A stretch of 64,000 nt of DNA from a virus, in IMG/VR virus record IMGVR_UViG_3300047509_000037, positions 32,152 through 96,151 of that record; one strand, given 5' to 3'. The notes beneath the pieces were generated by a model that was not told where the DNA came from, made no database searches, and worked only from the letters and a program-made list of their open reading frames with translations. Positions within the stretch are counted from its first letter, which is position 1; each line of letters begins with the position of its first letter. Made by a program: the position numbers and the translations under genes. This document shows, piece by piece, positions 1 through 8,218 of the stretch.

Positions 1-300
1 CTGAAGATGAAAGCCTACGGTCTCGACGCAAACCAGGACGTTCCGAACATGGACGACTGGACTGGTCGTGACGTTGACAACTGCGCTCGTAAGGCGCTCA
101 CGCTGGGTATCGACTTGGACAACGCGTCGAAGTTCATCGTGCCACTGCTCCAGTCACACGGGGCGCAGATGGATGCACTGCGGCAATCCGCCAGCGGTCG
201 CTTCCTCGCAGCCAACAAAGAAGGCGTGTACAAATACAGTCCTCCTGTTAAGAAACCTATTGTCACCGTCACAAACCCTGAGGGTAGGAAAGTCAGGTAG
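1..300 (+). CDS. AAA+ ATPase (Ycf46-like), C-terminal end only (5' truncated)
   Basis: DDWTGRDVDNCA lid motif and PLLQSHGAQMDALRQSASGRFLAA tail resemble Ycf46-type AAA ATPases; upstream of DUF1257/DUF2997; frame open from base 1. Confidence 0.7.
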   Translation: MKMKAYGLDANQDVPNMDDWTGRDVDNCARKALTLGIDLDNASKFIVPLLQSHGAQMDALRQSASGRFLAANKEGVYKYSPPVKKPIVTVTNPEGRKVR

Positions 301-302
301 GT

Positions 303-683
303 ATGCGCGATATTAAGAAACTGAAAGCGAAATGGTATCGCCATGCTCACTCCATCGGTGGAAAGTATCGAAACACTCGGGCGAGTGCTAAGAGACGAGG
401 ACTCCAATTCACTCTTACACTCGCGGAGTTTAGGGCTATCCTAAAGAAGCCGTGTGCCTACGGTGATGCCATCCACAGTCTGAAGTTACACGTCGGCATC
501 GACCGGAAGGACAACCAGCGCGGGTACGTTCGAGGTAATTGCGTGGCGTGTTGTGGAAAGCACAATCACATCAAAGGCACGTGGGCGTCGTATCGCCAGA
601 TGCGTTCTCTGATGCAAGAGTGCAAGAACAAAGCATTCACCACTTGCCAAGACAACGTGGGCGGGCGTAAAATTCCATCTTAG
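303..683 (+). CDS. HNH-type homing endonuclease
   Basis: AKRRGLQFTLT..PCAYG..GIDRKDNQRGYVRGNCVACCGKHNHIK. Confidence 0.8.
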   Translation: MRDIKKLKAKWYRHAHSIGGKYRNTRASAKRRGLQFTLTLAEFRAILKKPCAYGDAIHSLKLHVGIDRKDNQRGYVRGNCVACCGKHNHIKGTWASYRQMRSLMQECKNKAFTTCQDNVGGRKIPS

Positions 684-693
684 GAGCATTCAC

Positions 694-1107
694 GTGAAAG
701 CATTCCCGAAGACAGAGCGAAAGATTCTGACGGTCACCATCGACGAGAACGGTGACATGTTATATCTAAAAACTGATTCGTGCGATGTGCTTCTCGAACT
801 CGGTGAGACAGTCACGAAGCGTGCGAGTCACGTTGAGCCTGTGAGCGTGCCCCTGCGGTACGCGTTCAGGTTGCTCCGCATGTTCGGAGATAAGACACGC
901 GTGGCAGAGTGGACGCGTCACTGGCAATGCGAATGGCTGGTGGACACGAGACCCGTCGGTGGTCCGGTGCTCACGTATGCCGATGTCGAGCCGCGCTACA
1001 AAAACTTGAGTGCGCCAATCGGCAAGCGCATCGCAACATGGCGCAATCGCCAGGACGCGATTGACGCCGAAATTATTTTCTTGAACGAATGGTTCCTCAC
1101 GCGGTAG
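694..1107 (+). CDS. hypothetical protein (within AAA/DUF1257 module)
   Basis: AGGAG RBS before GTG start; 137-aa ORF. Confidence 0.75.
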   Translation: MKAFPKTERKILTVTIDENGDMLYLKTDSCDVLLELGETVTKRASHVEPVSVPLRYAFRLLRMFGDKTRVAEWTRHWQCEWLVDTRPVGGPVLTYADVEPRYKNLSAPIGKRIATWRNRQDAIDAEIIFLNEWFLTR

Positions 1108-1134
1108 AATCCAATTCTCGAAGGGAGCAACACC

Positions 1135-1569
1135 ATGAGCGAGTATCGCAAGAGCACGACGAACTGCAAAGACCGGGAAGTGCTGATTGGCGCACTGATT
1201 GAGATGGGCTACAAGCGTGAGCACATCGAAATCCACGAGCAAGCCCAGCAGCTAATCGACTTCCAAGGGCACCCCACACGCTACATCGACCCGACAGGCG
1301 ACAAGGCGAACGTCATCGTTCGTCGCAGGCATGTGGGCGGCGCTGCGAACGACCTTGGGTTCAAGCTGAATCCAGAGACGGGCACCTACGACGCAATCAT
1401 CAGCCGCTACGACAGCGGCAAGCACAATGCGAAGTGGCTTGCTGGTCTGAAGACGAACTACGCTGAGAAGGGCTTGGCGAAGACCCTGAAGAAACAGGGC
1501 TTCAAATATCTCGGCAAGGAAATCGTCAACGGCAAGATTCAAATCAAGTACATGGACATGAAGGCGTAG
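1135..1569 (+). CDS. DUF1257 / Ycf35-family protein
   Basis: KDREVLIGALIEMGY...ANDLGFKL..GTYDAIISRYD pattern; RBS. Confidence 0.75.
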   Translation: MSEYRKSTTNCKDREVLIGALIEMGYKREHIEIHEQAQQLIDFQGHPTRYIDPTGDKANVIVRRRHVGGAANDLGFKLNPETGTYDAIISRYDSGKHNAKWLAGLKTNYAEKGLAKTLKKQGFKYLGKEIVNGKIQIKYMDMKA

Positions 1570-1604
1570 AGCCAACATCCAAATTCAACCAGGAGAAAAA
1601 CATC

Positions 1605-1799
1605 ATGGCGAAAATTCTGACAGCGACGATTGACCCCGCGACCGGAGAGATGGAAGTTGACCTCTCCGGCTACAAGGGCAAAGGTTGCCACGCGGTTCAA
1701 GAGGCAATCAGCAAAGCGATGGGCAGCACGACCATCGAAGACAAACGCAAGCGCGAGTACAACGACGTGGAAGTGAGCAAGGTCTGCGTCCGGTCGTGA
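1605..1799 (+). CDS. DUF2997-family protein
   Basis: IDPATGEMEVDLSGYKGKGC..EAISKAMG; follows DUF1257; AGGAG RBS. Confidence 0.75.
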   Translation: MAKILTATIDPATGEMEVDLSGYKGKGCHAVQEAISKAMGSTTIEDKRKREYNDVEVSKVCVRS

Positions 1800-2161
1800 A
1801 CCAGCCCGCATACAAGGGACACGTCGTCGAGTATCGTGCATACCACGATGCCCGACGGCGATGTCTGAATCCGAAATGCGCAGACTACCCGAACTACGGC
1901 GGACGTGGAATCCAATTCCTGTTTGCATCGTTCGAGGAGTTCTTCGACGTGCTAGGCGAACGCCCGCCGGGGAAGATGCTTGACCGCATCAACAACGATG
2001 GGCACTACGAGAAGGGCAACGTCCGGTGGGCGTCTCGTGCCGTGAGCCTCAAGAACCAGAGGCATCCGAAGATTGCCAGCCTAGCGAACTTCACAACGTC
2101 CGAACTGCTGGCGGAACTCGCCAAGCGAATCTCCAAAGGGGAAATCAAATGTTCATTGTAA
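1796..2161 (+). CDS. HNH endonuclease
   Basis: RRRCLNPK..YPNYGGRGI..F.EF...LGERPPGKMLDRINNDGHYEKGNVRWA; GTGA overlap start. Confidence 0.85.
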   Translation: MNQPAYKGHVVEYRAYHDARRRCLNPKCADYPNYGGRGIQFLFASFEEFFDVLGERPPGKMLDRINNDGHYEKGNVRWASRAVSLKNQRHPKIASLANFTTSELLAELAKRISKGEIKCSL

Positions 2162-2544
2162 CGCCAAACGGAGTAATCATCGACGCTCAAGAGTACGCAC
2201 GCATCATCACCCGCCTTGCCTTCAAGGTGCTGAAGTCCAGCATCGAAGACAAAGACATCCAGCGTTTGCTGCCCTTCCAGACCTCTCTGGAACTCGGCAA
2301 CCACGTCCACATCGTGAACGAATCAGCCTACGCGGTTGAGACGAAGTACCACGTCATCACCGACGGCGATACGCTCTGTGCTCGTGGCGGTCGTCCGCGT
2401 GGCACCGTGACAGGCACAGCGCCCACGTGCCCAGGCTGCTTGGCGAAGGCTCAGGGCATCGTCGTCAACCACCTGCTCGACCAAGCGGCGGGAGATTTTC
2501 TCGCGGTCGCTTACAAACTTCAGGAGGTTGCTGAGGGCAACTAA
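2149..2544 (+). CDS. hypothetical protein with CxxC
   Basis: ATG after AAGGGG; H..C..TCPGC. Confidence 0.7.
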   Translation: MFIVTPNGVIIDAQEYARIITRLAFKVLKSSIEDKDIQRLLPFQTSLELGNHVHIVNESAYAVETKYHVITDGDTLCARGGRPRGTVTGTAPTCPGCLAKAQGIVVNHLLDQAAGDFLAVAYKLQEVAEGN

Positions 2545-2566
2545 TGACCGAGCACTAGGAGACCCT

Positions 2567-2713
2567 ATGAAATTATTTTTCTTCGCAGGCGGCAGTATCG
2601 TGTATGCTCTGTGTGTGGTCGTAGCCGGAAGATTTTTGAAACTGGTTCGCACTCCCCCAACTCCAACACCGGAGAAACCAAGTGCCACTAGCAACATTCG
2701 CCGGAGTGCCTGA
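2567..2713 (+). CDS. small membrane protein
   Basis: AGGAG RBS; hydrophobic N-terminus. Confidence 0.55.
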   Translation: MKLFFFAGGSIVYALCVVVAGRFLKLVRTPPTPTPEKPSATSNIRRSA

Positions 2714-3044
2714 TGGTCCCGTCATCGCATTGGCAAAACTGAGGCTGGAGAAATCCAAACTCAAAATGCCGTGCGAGACGCGGGCGCAAGCACTGAACAT
2801 CCTGCGTAGCATTCAACCAGCACCAGCGAAGAATGCGCCGCTCAACATCAAATCAGCCTCGGTCGTGCATGACGCGTGCCGCAACTGTGGTAAGCCAATA
2901 CCGTTCGGGACTCCATGCAAGGTGTGCTTCAACGGCGAACTGCCAGAGCACATCTCGTGCAAGAAAGTCAGCAAGACCAAGCGGCAAGAGGAAGCGGCAT
3001 TGCGTAAGTTGTACCTCGAAGCCATCAAACAAGTCTCGTGGTAA
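2682..3044 (+). CDS. Zn-ribbon hypothetical protein (start uncertain)
   Basis: CRNCGK..PCKVC. Confidence 0.6.
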   Translation: MPLATFAGVPDGPVIALAKLRLEKSKLKMPCETRAQALNILRSIQPAPAKNAPLNIKSASVVHDACRNCGKPIPFGTPCKVCFNGELPEHISCKKVSKTKRQEEAALRKLYLEAIKQVSW

Positions 3045-3078
3045 TTCGCATTTCAACTCAGCCCTGAGGAGGGTCATC

Positions 3079-3252
3079 ATGCCTGGATACGGAGCGAAGG
3101 AAGCACGCATCAACAAAGAGCGCCAGCCGCGAGTCAATCTGTGTACCTGCGGGAAAGAAATTGACAACGGTGCGCTCCTGTGTCAAGATTGCTATGAGGA
3201 GATTCATGGACAATCAAACACAGAAGTTAACGAGGGGCGCGAAGTCTCGTAG
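3079..3252 (+). CDS. small Zn-ribbon protein
   Basis: GAGGAGG RBS; CTCGK..LCQDC. Confidence 0.7.
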   Translation: MPGYGAKEARINKERQPRVNLCTCGKEIDNGALLCQDCYEEIHGQSNTEVNEGREVS

Positions 3253-3727
3253 GAAATGGCGTAGTCGTTGTATCGAACAGGGTTTGTGCGTGGGGTGTGG
3301 GCGAACTCCCAACACGGGTGGTCCGCCGCACATGTGCGAACCCTGTGCAACGCGCCAGAAAAATTATGGAACTGAACGTCGTGCGCGGGCAAAGTCAATC
3401 GGGCTGTGTACCCTTTGCGGTAAGAACCCTCCGATTGTTGGACGACGTTTATGTTCCGCGTGCGTGCTCTACCACAAGTTAAGCGATTTGAGGAGTGCGG
3501 GTTTATCGGAAGCTGAGGTAGACCGTGCCCATCATGCCGTCATAAATTTTCAAAACCTGTGCGATGCGTGTGGTCGCAATGACTGTGGAAGGTGGTGTCT
3601 AGACCATGACCACGACAGAAAAATCTTTAGAGGAATCGTCGGAAACAAGTGTAACCTCGCCCTTGGGCACGCCCGCGACAATGCAGACACCCTACGGCTA
3701 CTCGCCGCATACATCGACCGAAGATGA
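3206..3727 (+). CDS. endonuclease VII-like homing endonuclease
   Basis: CDACG..LDHDHD..FRGIV..KCNLALG..DNADTLRLLAAYI; N-terminal Cys repeats. Confidence 0.85.
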   Translation: MDNQTQKLTRGAKSRRKWRSRCIEQGLCVGCGRTPNTGGPPHMCEPCATRQKNYGTERRARAKSIGLCTLCGKNPPIVGRRLCSACVLYHKLSDLRSAGLSEAEVDRAHHAVINFQNLCDACGRNDCGRWCLDHDHDRKIFRGIVGNKCNLALGHARDNADTLRLLAAYIDRR

Positions 3728-3841
3728 GGGTGAGGAAGCGCGGCGGACCCGATGACGTGCAAACGTTGTGGACTCGCCCGCCCAGAGCGTTACGGCATAG
3801 GCTGGCGCTGTGGGTGCTGCGGGTTGTTATATGTAACAGAC

Positions 3842-3914
3842 GGGGTTGGGGTAGTGGTATCGGCAGGGTCTCCAAAGCCCATGCCAGCAGGTTCGACCCC
3901 TGCCAGCCCCGCCA
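3842..3914 (+). tRNA. tRNA-Trp(CCA), atypical D and anticodon arms
   Basis: Acceptor GGGGTTG/CAGCCCC, G73, encoded CCA; anticodon loop CTCCAAA; T arm GCAGG-TTCGACC-CCTGC. Confidence 0.75.
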
Positions 3915-3918
3915 AATA

Positions 3919-4114
3919 GCCAGAAATGCCACTTTCCCGCCCCCGCCCTGAGGGTTTGGGCGTCGGATGGGTCTTAGCCTACCCTGGCACGCCGGAGGGC
4001 TTAAATCGACCGCAAACGCAAAACGGAGGGCTATGAGCCAAGCTGAGAGTAACAGGACGCGCCGGGGTGCCATATCCGAGCTACAAACCGCCGCCGACCT
4101 GAGCGACGACTGGC
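3919..4114 (+). ncRNA. candidate structured ncRNA downstream of tRNA-Trp
   Basis: Nested helices GCCAG/CTGGC, TCGGAT/ATCCGA, TGGCACGCCGG/CCGGGGTGCCA, CGCCC/GGGCG; no convincing CDS. Confidence 0.5.
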
Positions 4115-4146
4115 GAATGGCGTCATCATTCGACCGAAAGGAATCC

Positions 4147-4275
4147 ATGAGCTACTGGACAGAAAAAATCGGATGGCGTGAGAGCATCACGACGCTGTGC
4201 GGCTGGCTGAATGAAATCATCCCGCTCATCGCGTTCGCGTTTCTCATCGCGCTGTGGATGAGTGGTGCCCGATGA
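4147..4275 (+). CDS. small membrane protein
   Basis: AAGGA RBS; C-terminal TM segment. Confidence 0.6.
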   Translation: MSYWTEKIGWRESITTLCGWLNEIIPLIAFAFLIALWMSGAR

Positions 4276-4349
4276 GTTGTAATCGACAACAGAAATATGA
4301 TGCACAAACCTTAGAACGGTTAGCAAAATACTTGAGGAGGCGAACATGA
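4272..4349 (+). pseudogene. remnant of an endonuclease VII C-terminus (25 aa)
   Basis: MSCNRQQKYDAQTLERLAKYLRRRT resembles the CN..D..L..LA.YL tail of the EndoVII genes in this window. Confidence 0.4.
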
Positions 4350-4537
4350 GTTTCACAGCCTTCTTTCAGGCAGATGGTGAACTGCGCTACACCATCGGCA
4401 CGACGAAGATGCAACACACCGCAGACTTCGCCGCAGAGAATTTCATCAAGCGCATGACGCACCCTGAGGTTGGTATCTGGTGGGTGTGGGTCGAGGAGAC
4501 CAATGACCCGGACGACGAAGCAAAAAGAAATCGCTAG
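4346..4537 (+). CDS. hypothetical protein
   Basis: GAGGAGG RBS. Confidence 0.7.
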   Translation: MSFTAFFQADGELRYTIGTTKMQHTADFAAENFIKRMTHPEVGIWWVWVEETNDPDDEAKRNR

Positions 4538-4700
4538 TCATTGCACGTGCCCGCATTGTAAGCTGGCTCACAAGATGCCCGCCTACGTCTACGCACATTG
4601 GGAAGACGCGTTCACCGTGACGTGTGCCGATGAAGGCGAGACCAAGGGATGCGGCAAACAGTTCGAGATGTTTCAGGGAGAGACCGAATGTATAAACTGA
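4503..4700 (+). CDS. small Zn-ribbon protein
   Basis: GAGGAG RBS; CPHC..TC..GCGKQF. Confidence 0.65.
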   Translation: MTRTTKQKEIASHCTCPHCKLAHKMPAYVYAHWEDAFTVTCADEGETKGCGKQFEMFQGETECIN

Positions 4701-5329
4701 ACGGTAAGAACCTCAGCCTCGCACGTCTCATCCCACGAGGGAAAGACGCGGACAAGCGTTTGAAATATCTCCACGTCAACAACAAGGGCGTCACCGCTGT
4801 CAGCCCCGAACTGGTCGCACGCGTCACACTGCCTGACGGTGTAGCGCAGCCCCAGCAGTCGGTCATCTACCCGCAGGAGTCTCTTGATTCGATTCCGATG
4901 GGAGCACGTGCGCCGGAGAGCAACGAACTGGTGACACTGACTGGAGACAAGCCCGCGTTCACAGGTCCGCACTATCTCGTGCCGATGGTGGACAAGTGCT
5001 TCCCAGAGCCGACAGAGACCACCGCGACGTTCACGTGCAACGGAGAACTTCTCCGCAAGCTGCTCACGGTCGCGTGCGAAGTGTGCAACGACAGCAACAA
5101 GACTCTGCGTCTTCGCATCGTTGACAACGGCAAGGCTCTACGCGTGGACACGTATCGCCAGCCGGGAGAACAAGAATTTTGTGGCGTCATCAAACCAATT
5201 GAGTACGACGGCGATTACATCCCCGGCGAGATTCCATCAGGTACGCCGAAGGTCGAGAAGAAACCTCAGCAGACAGGTCTGTTGCTGAAGACCAGCGCCG
5301 GGAGGAAAATCCGAGGCGAGGGTGAGTAA
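4688..5329 (+). CDS. hypothetical protein (possibly single-domain sliding-clamp-like fold)
   Basis: GGGAG RBS; beta-rich pattern loosely like a clamp domain; ends GRKIRGEGE. Confidence 0.6.
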   Translation: MYKLNGKNLSLARLIPRGKDADKRLKYLHVNNKGVTAVSPELVARVTLPDGVAQPQQSVIYPQESLDSIPMGARAPESNELVTLTGDKPAFTGPHYLVPMVDKCFPEPTETTATFTCNGELLRKLLTVACEVCNDSNKTLRLRIVDNGKALRVDTYRQPGEQEFCGVIKPIEYDGDYIPGEIPSGTPKVEKKPQQTGLLLKTSAGRKIRGEGE

Positions 5330-6518
5330 CGGTTGCTTCCATGAGATGCAGAATGGCGCTACCGCCGTCATCCGGCATCAAATGATTAACGGAGACATCT
5401 GGGTTAGGTGTCTTCGATGCGGCGACACGTGGCACTCCGAGGAGGAGTTCGCAATGAGCACAGGCACGGGGAAAGCGAAATGCAAACACACTCAGTGGAC
5501 CACCGACAAGGTGACCGGGGTGAAGATGTGTACGGATTGCGGCACTGACCTTGCCAAACATCCGAAGTGCAATCACGCCCTGGCGAAAATCGTCATCGAA
5601 AATGGAATGACGAAGACGCAATGTGAGAAGTGCGGAGTGATTGTCACAGAGGGTCCGGTGCAATCCGTGAAGGTTCCGCTGGGCTATGAGAAGCGATTGC
5701 TCCCGATTCCGAACGTGCGCCCCGTCGGACAGTGGGTCAAGGAAGGATTCGGAGCATTCCAGCCGAAGACACGACAGCAAGCGCAGATTCTCATCGACGA
5801 GTGGAACGAAGCATGTCAGACGAACGGCATGAAAGTTGAGTACCGCCTGCCCGTGGTGAATGTTGACTTACGTTGCAAGAAATGCGATACTCTCGTGAAC
5901 GAGACGTACAAGGGCGATGTCTGCCTCTCGTGTCACCTTCAGGAGAAAATGGCAATGGCGAAAGAACCTAAGGTCTCGAAGTCGAACCCCGATTTTGATA
6001 TTTACGGAATGCCTGTCTGGAAGACCAAGAACAAACCCGCGTTCAACGTTAACAGCACTCCGGCGAAACCTGTCACGAAGAAACCAACTCTCATGGTCGT
6101 GCCGAAGGCTCCTGTCGTTCACACCGAGGGAGACATCTGGGAATTACCACACGTCAATGCTCCGTTTATGAGTAAGCAATGGGCGTACCAAGGCAGCGCA
6201 TCGACGCCGTATGTCATCACGCACTACCAGACCAAGCGCGATGGCGCGGTGACGAAAGATGGTTGGGCTTGCTCGTGCATGAATTTTACGCGGAAGACCC
6301 CACGCACCGAATGCAAGCACATCCTGAAGACGATGATGAAGAACGGCACGAAGCCCACGGCTGATGCGAAGCTGGCGGCGGTACCCGATGAGACCCTGAA
6401 GGCGTTCCAGAAGTGGCAGCGCGAACAAGCGGCGGCGGGCGTCCCGGTCGGTGCGGGCGTCGGCGCTGAGAAGGGCAAGCTGAACATGTTTGAGAACAAG
6501 GGGAGGAAAATCCGATGA
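5322..6518 (+). CDS. multi-Zn-finger protein with C-terminal SWIM domain
   Basis: Several CxxC pairs; WACSC..F..ECKHI SWIM motif; second in-frame start with GGAGGAG at 5454. Confidence 0.75.
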   Translation: MSNGCFHEMQNGATAVIRHQMINGDIWVRCLRCGDTWHSEEEFAMSTGTGKAKCKHTQWTTDKVTGVKMCTDCGTDLAKHPKCNHALAKIVIENGMTKTQCEKCGVIVTEGPVQSVKVPLGYEKRLLPIPNVRPVGQWVKEGFGAFQPKTRQQAQILIDEWNEACQTNGMKVEYRLPVVNVDLRCKKCDTLVNETYKGDVCLSCHLQEKMAMAKEPKVSKSNPDFDIYGMPVWKTKNKPAFNVNSTPAKPVTKKPTLMVVPKAPVVHTEGDIWELPHVNAPFMSKQWAYQGSASTPYVITHYQTKRDGAVTKDGWACSCMNFTRKTPRTECKHILKTMMKNGTKPTADAKLAAVPDETLKAFQKWQREQAAAGVPVGAGVGAEKGKLNMFENKGRKIR

Positions 6519-6829
6519 AGCATATCGCAATTTTCAGGGTAGAGGGGTACTCCAAAACGGGAACCGACCAGGCTTTCGTCACGGGGAAAGGCGAGGAGTC
6601 AGTGACCACGCATCTCAAGGCGGACAGTTGGAATCCCGGCGCACGCATCGGAGCGTTCACACTGCACTCGCTGGAGAGCAAAGCACCTGAGTGGAAGGAT
6701 GGTTTCATCGTCACTCTGGAACCGTTGCCACCAAAGCCCGAAGGCGCGGACTACACCGGATATCTAAAGCAGGTAATCGCGGAGAAGCTAGACCCAACTC
6801 CAGCACCGAGCGGGAGAAAAATCCGATGA
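6515..6829 (+). CDS. hypothetical protein
   Basis: ATGA coupling; ends GRKIR. Confidence 0.75.
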   Translation: MKHIAIFRVEGYSKTGTDQAFVTGKGEESVTTHLKADSWNPGARIGAFTLHSLESKAPEWKDGFIVTLEPLPPKPEGADYTGYLKQVIAEKLDPTPAPSGRKIR

Positions 6830-7104
6830 CGGACAGAGACGCACTCATTCAAATCGGCAACCTTGTGGGCGCACCCACGTCGGCATACTTCCCAGAGCAA
6901 GAGCGCAAGCAACTGGTGAAACGTCTTCAGGACATCAGCGCCATTGTACAGGCCCAGCTAGGCGTTCCGACGCCGCCTGCGAAGCACCCAGACGACACTA
7001 GACAGAACCCCGGCATCGGTGCTATATTGAATGGGTCGTTCTATCGTCCGAGCCGATTCAACAAAATCGACGAGGAAGACAACGGGAGGGACATCGGAAA
7101 ATGA
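6826..7104 (+). CDS. hypothetical protein
   Basis: ATGA coupling. Confidence 0.7.
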   Translation: MTDRDALIQIGNLVGAPTSAYFPEQERKQLVKRLQDISAIVQAQLGVPTPPAKHPDDTRQNPGIGAILNGSFYRPSRFNKIDEEDNGRDIGK

Positions 7105-7247
7105 GCATGTCAGCCAAGGCAGTTCTGGCGCGGTTCGGCGGCAACGTCACCGCAGCCTGCGATTATTGCGAAACGATGGCGCGAACCTACGCCAACCTGA
7201 CCACGGAGTATCGTGGATACCGTGAGGAGATTCTGAGCCATGTCTAA
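7101..7247 (+). CDS. small hypothetical protein (48 aa)
   Basis: ATGA coupling, GGAGG RBS; MSMSAKAVLARFGGNVTAACDYC...; fills the gap before ligase. Confidence 0.6.
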   Translation: MSMSAKAVLARFGGNVTAACDYCETMARTYANLTTEYRGYREEILSHV

Positions 7248-8154
7248 ATTCCCAAAGCCCATGCTTGCTGAAGCGGTCGAGAACTTCGCCGCTCTCACTT
7301 TTCCGAAGATGGCGTCACCGAAACTCGACGGCATTCGTGGCACCGTTCACGCGGGCATTCTCCGCTCACGGTCACTGAAAGATATTCCGAACGTTCACGT
7401 GCAGAAGAAATTCGCGGGACTCCGCGAAGGGCTGGATGGTGAGTTCATCGTCGGTGACCCGTATGGTCCTGAGGTCTACGACCGCACTCGCCGCGTCATC
7501 ATGGAGTCGGGTAAGAAGACCAACGCGGACGACGTTCGCTACTACGTCTTTGATTCCCAGCCTCAGGATGACGCGCTGCCTTTTCACGTGCGCTACGACT
7601 CCCTGCCGAACGCAGCCGCCGGGAAGACGGATGTCATCGTCGTGCCCCACATTGTTATAAGTAACTTGGAAGAACTGGAGCAATACGAGAACGCGATGTT
7701 GTCGAAGGGCTTCGAGGGCGTCATGCTCCGTGACCCTGTCGGACCCTACAAGCACGGTCGGTCCACCGAAGCGGAGGGCTGGCTTGTGAAGGTGAAGCGT
7801 TACGTCGATGACGAGTGCCGCGTGCTCTCGTGCTACGAGGAGATGGGGAACAACAACGAATCGTTCACCAACGAACTTGGACGCACCGCACGGTCAGCAT
7901 CGAAGGCTGGCAAGACTGGCAATGACACGCTGGGCGGATTCAACGCCGTCGGTCTCACCGGGAAGTACAAGGGCGTCGAGTTCCAAGTCGCGGTCTCCAG
8001 CCTGAAGCACCCAGAGCGCAAAGCAATCTGGGACACGCGTGATGAACAGGTCGGAAAGATTCTGACCTACAAGTGGTTCCCAATCGGTAGCGAAGAAAAA
8101 CCACGTCACCCGATGTTCAAAAACTGGCGAGAAGTCATAGATATGAGCGAATGA
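7240..8154 (+). CDS. lig: ATP-dependent DNA ligase
   Basis: PMLA, KLDGIR (adenylated Lys), LDGE, FD, EGVMLR, KVK, PRHP motifs. Confidence 0.95.
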   Translation: MSKFPKPMLAEAVENFAALTFPKMASPKLDGIRGTVHAGILRSRSLKDIPNVHVQKKFAGLREGLDGEFIVGDPYGPEVYDRTRRVIMESGKKTNADDVRYYVFDSQPQDDALPFHVRYDSLPNAAAGKTDVIVVPHIVISNLEELEQYENAMLSKGFEGVMLRDPVGPYKHGRSTEAEGWLVKVKRYVDDECRVLSCYEEMGNNNESFTNELGRTARSASKAGKTGNDTLGGFNAVGLTGKYKGVEFQVAVSSLKHPERKAIWDTRDEQVGKILTYKWFPIGSEEKPRHPMFKNWREVIDMSE

Positions 8155-8181
8155 TGTACGACCCAAAGACCCACAAGTTTG

Positions 8182-8211
8182 TTGACAAAGCCAGAGCCGC
8201 CGTGGTAGGCT
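8182..8211 (+). promoter_or_regulatory. sigma70-type promoter, probably leaderless recombinase mRNA
   Basis: TTGACA-N18-TAGGCT with TGn extension; ATG 7 nt after -10, no SD. Confidence 0.6.
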
Positions 8212-8218
8212 TGTAGGC

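Noticed and set aside
3724-4146. ORFs 3724-3951 and the 5' part of 3967-4275
   Set aside because: Overlap tRNA-Trp and the structured RNA; better start with RBS at 4147
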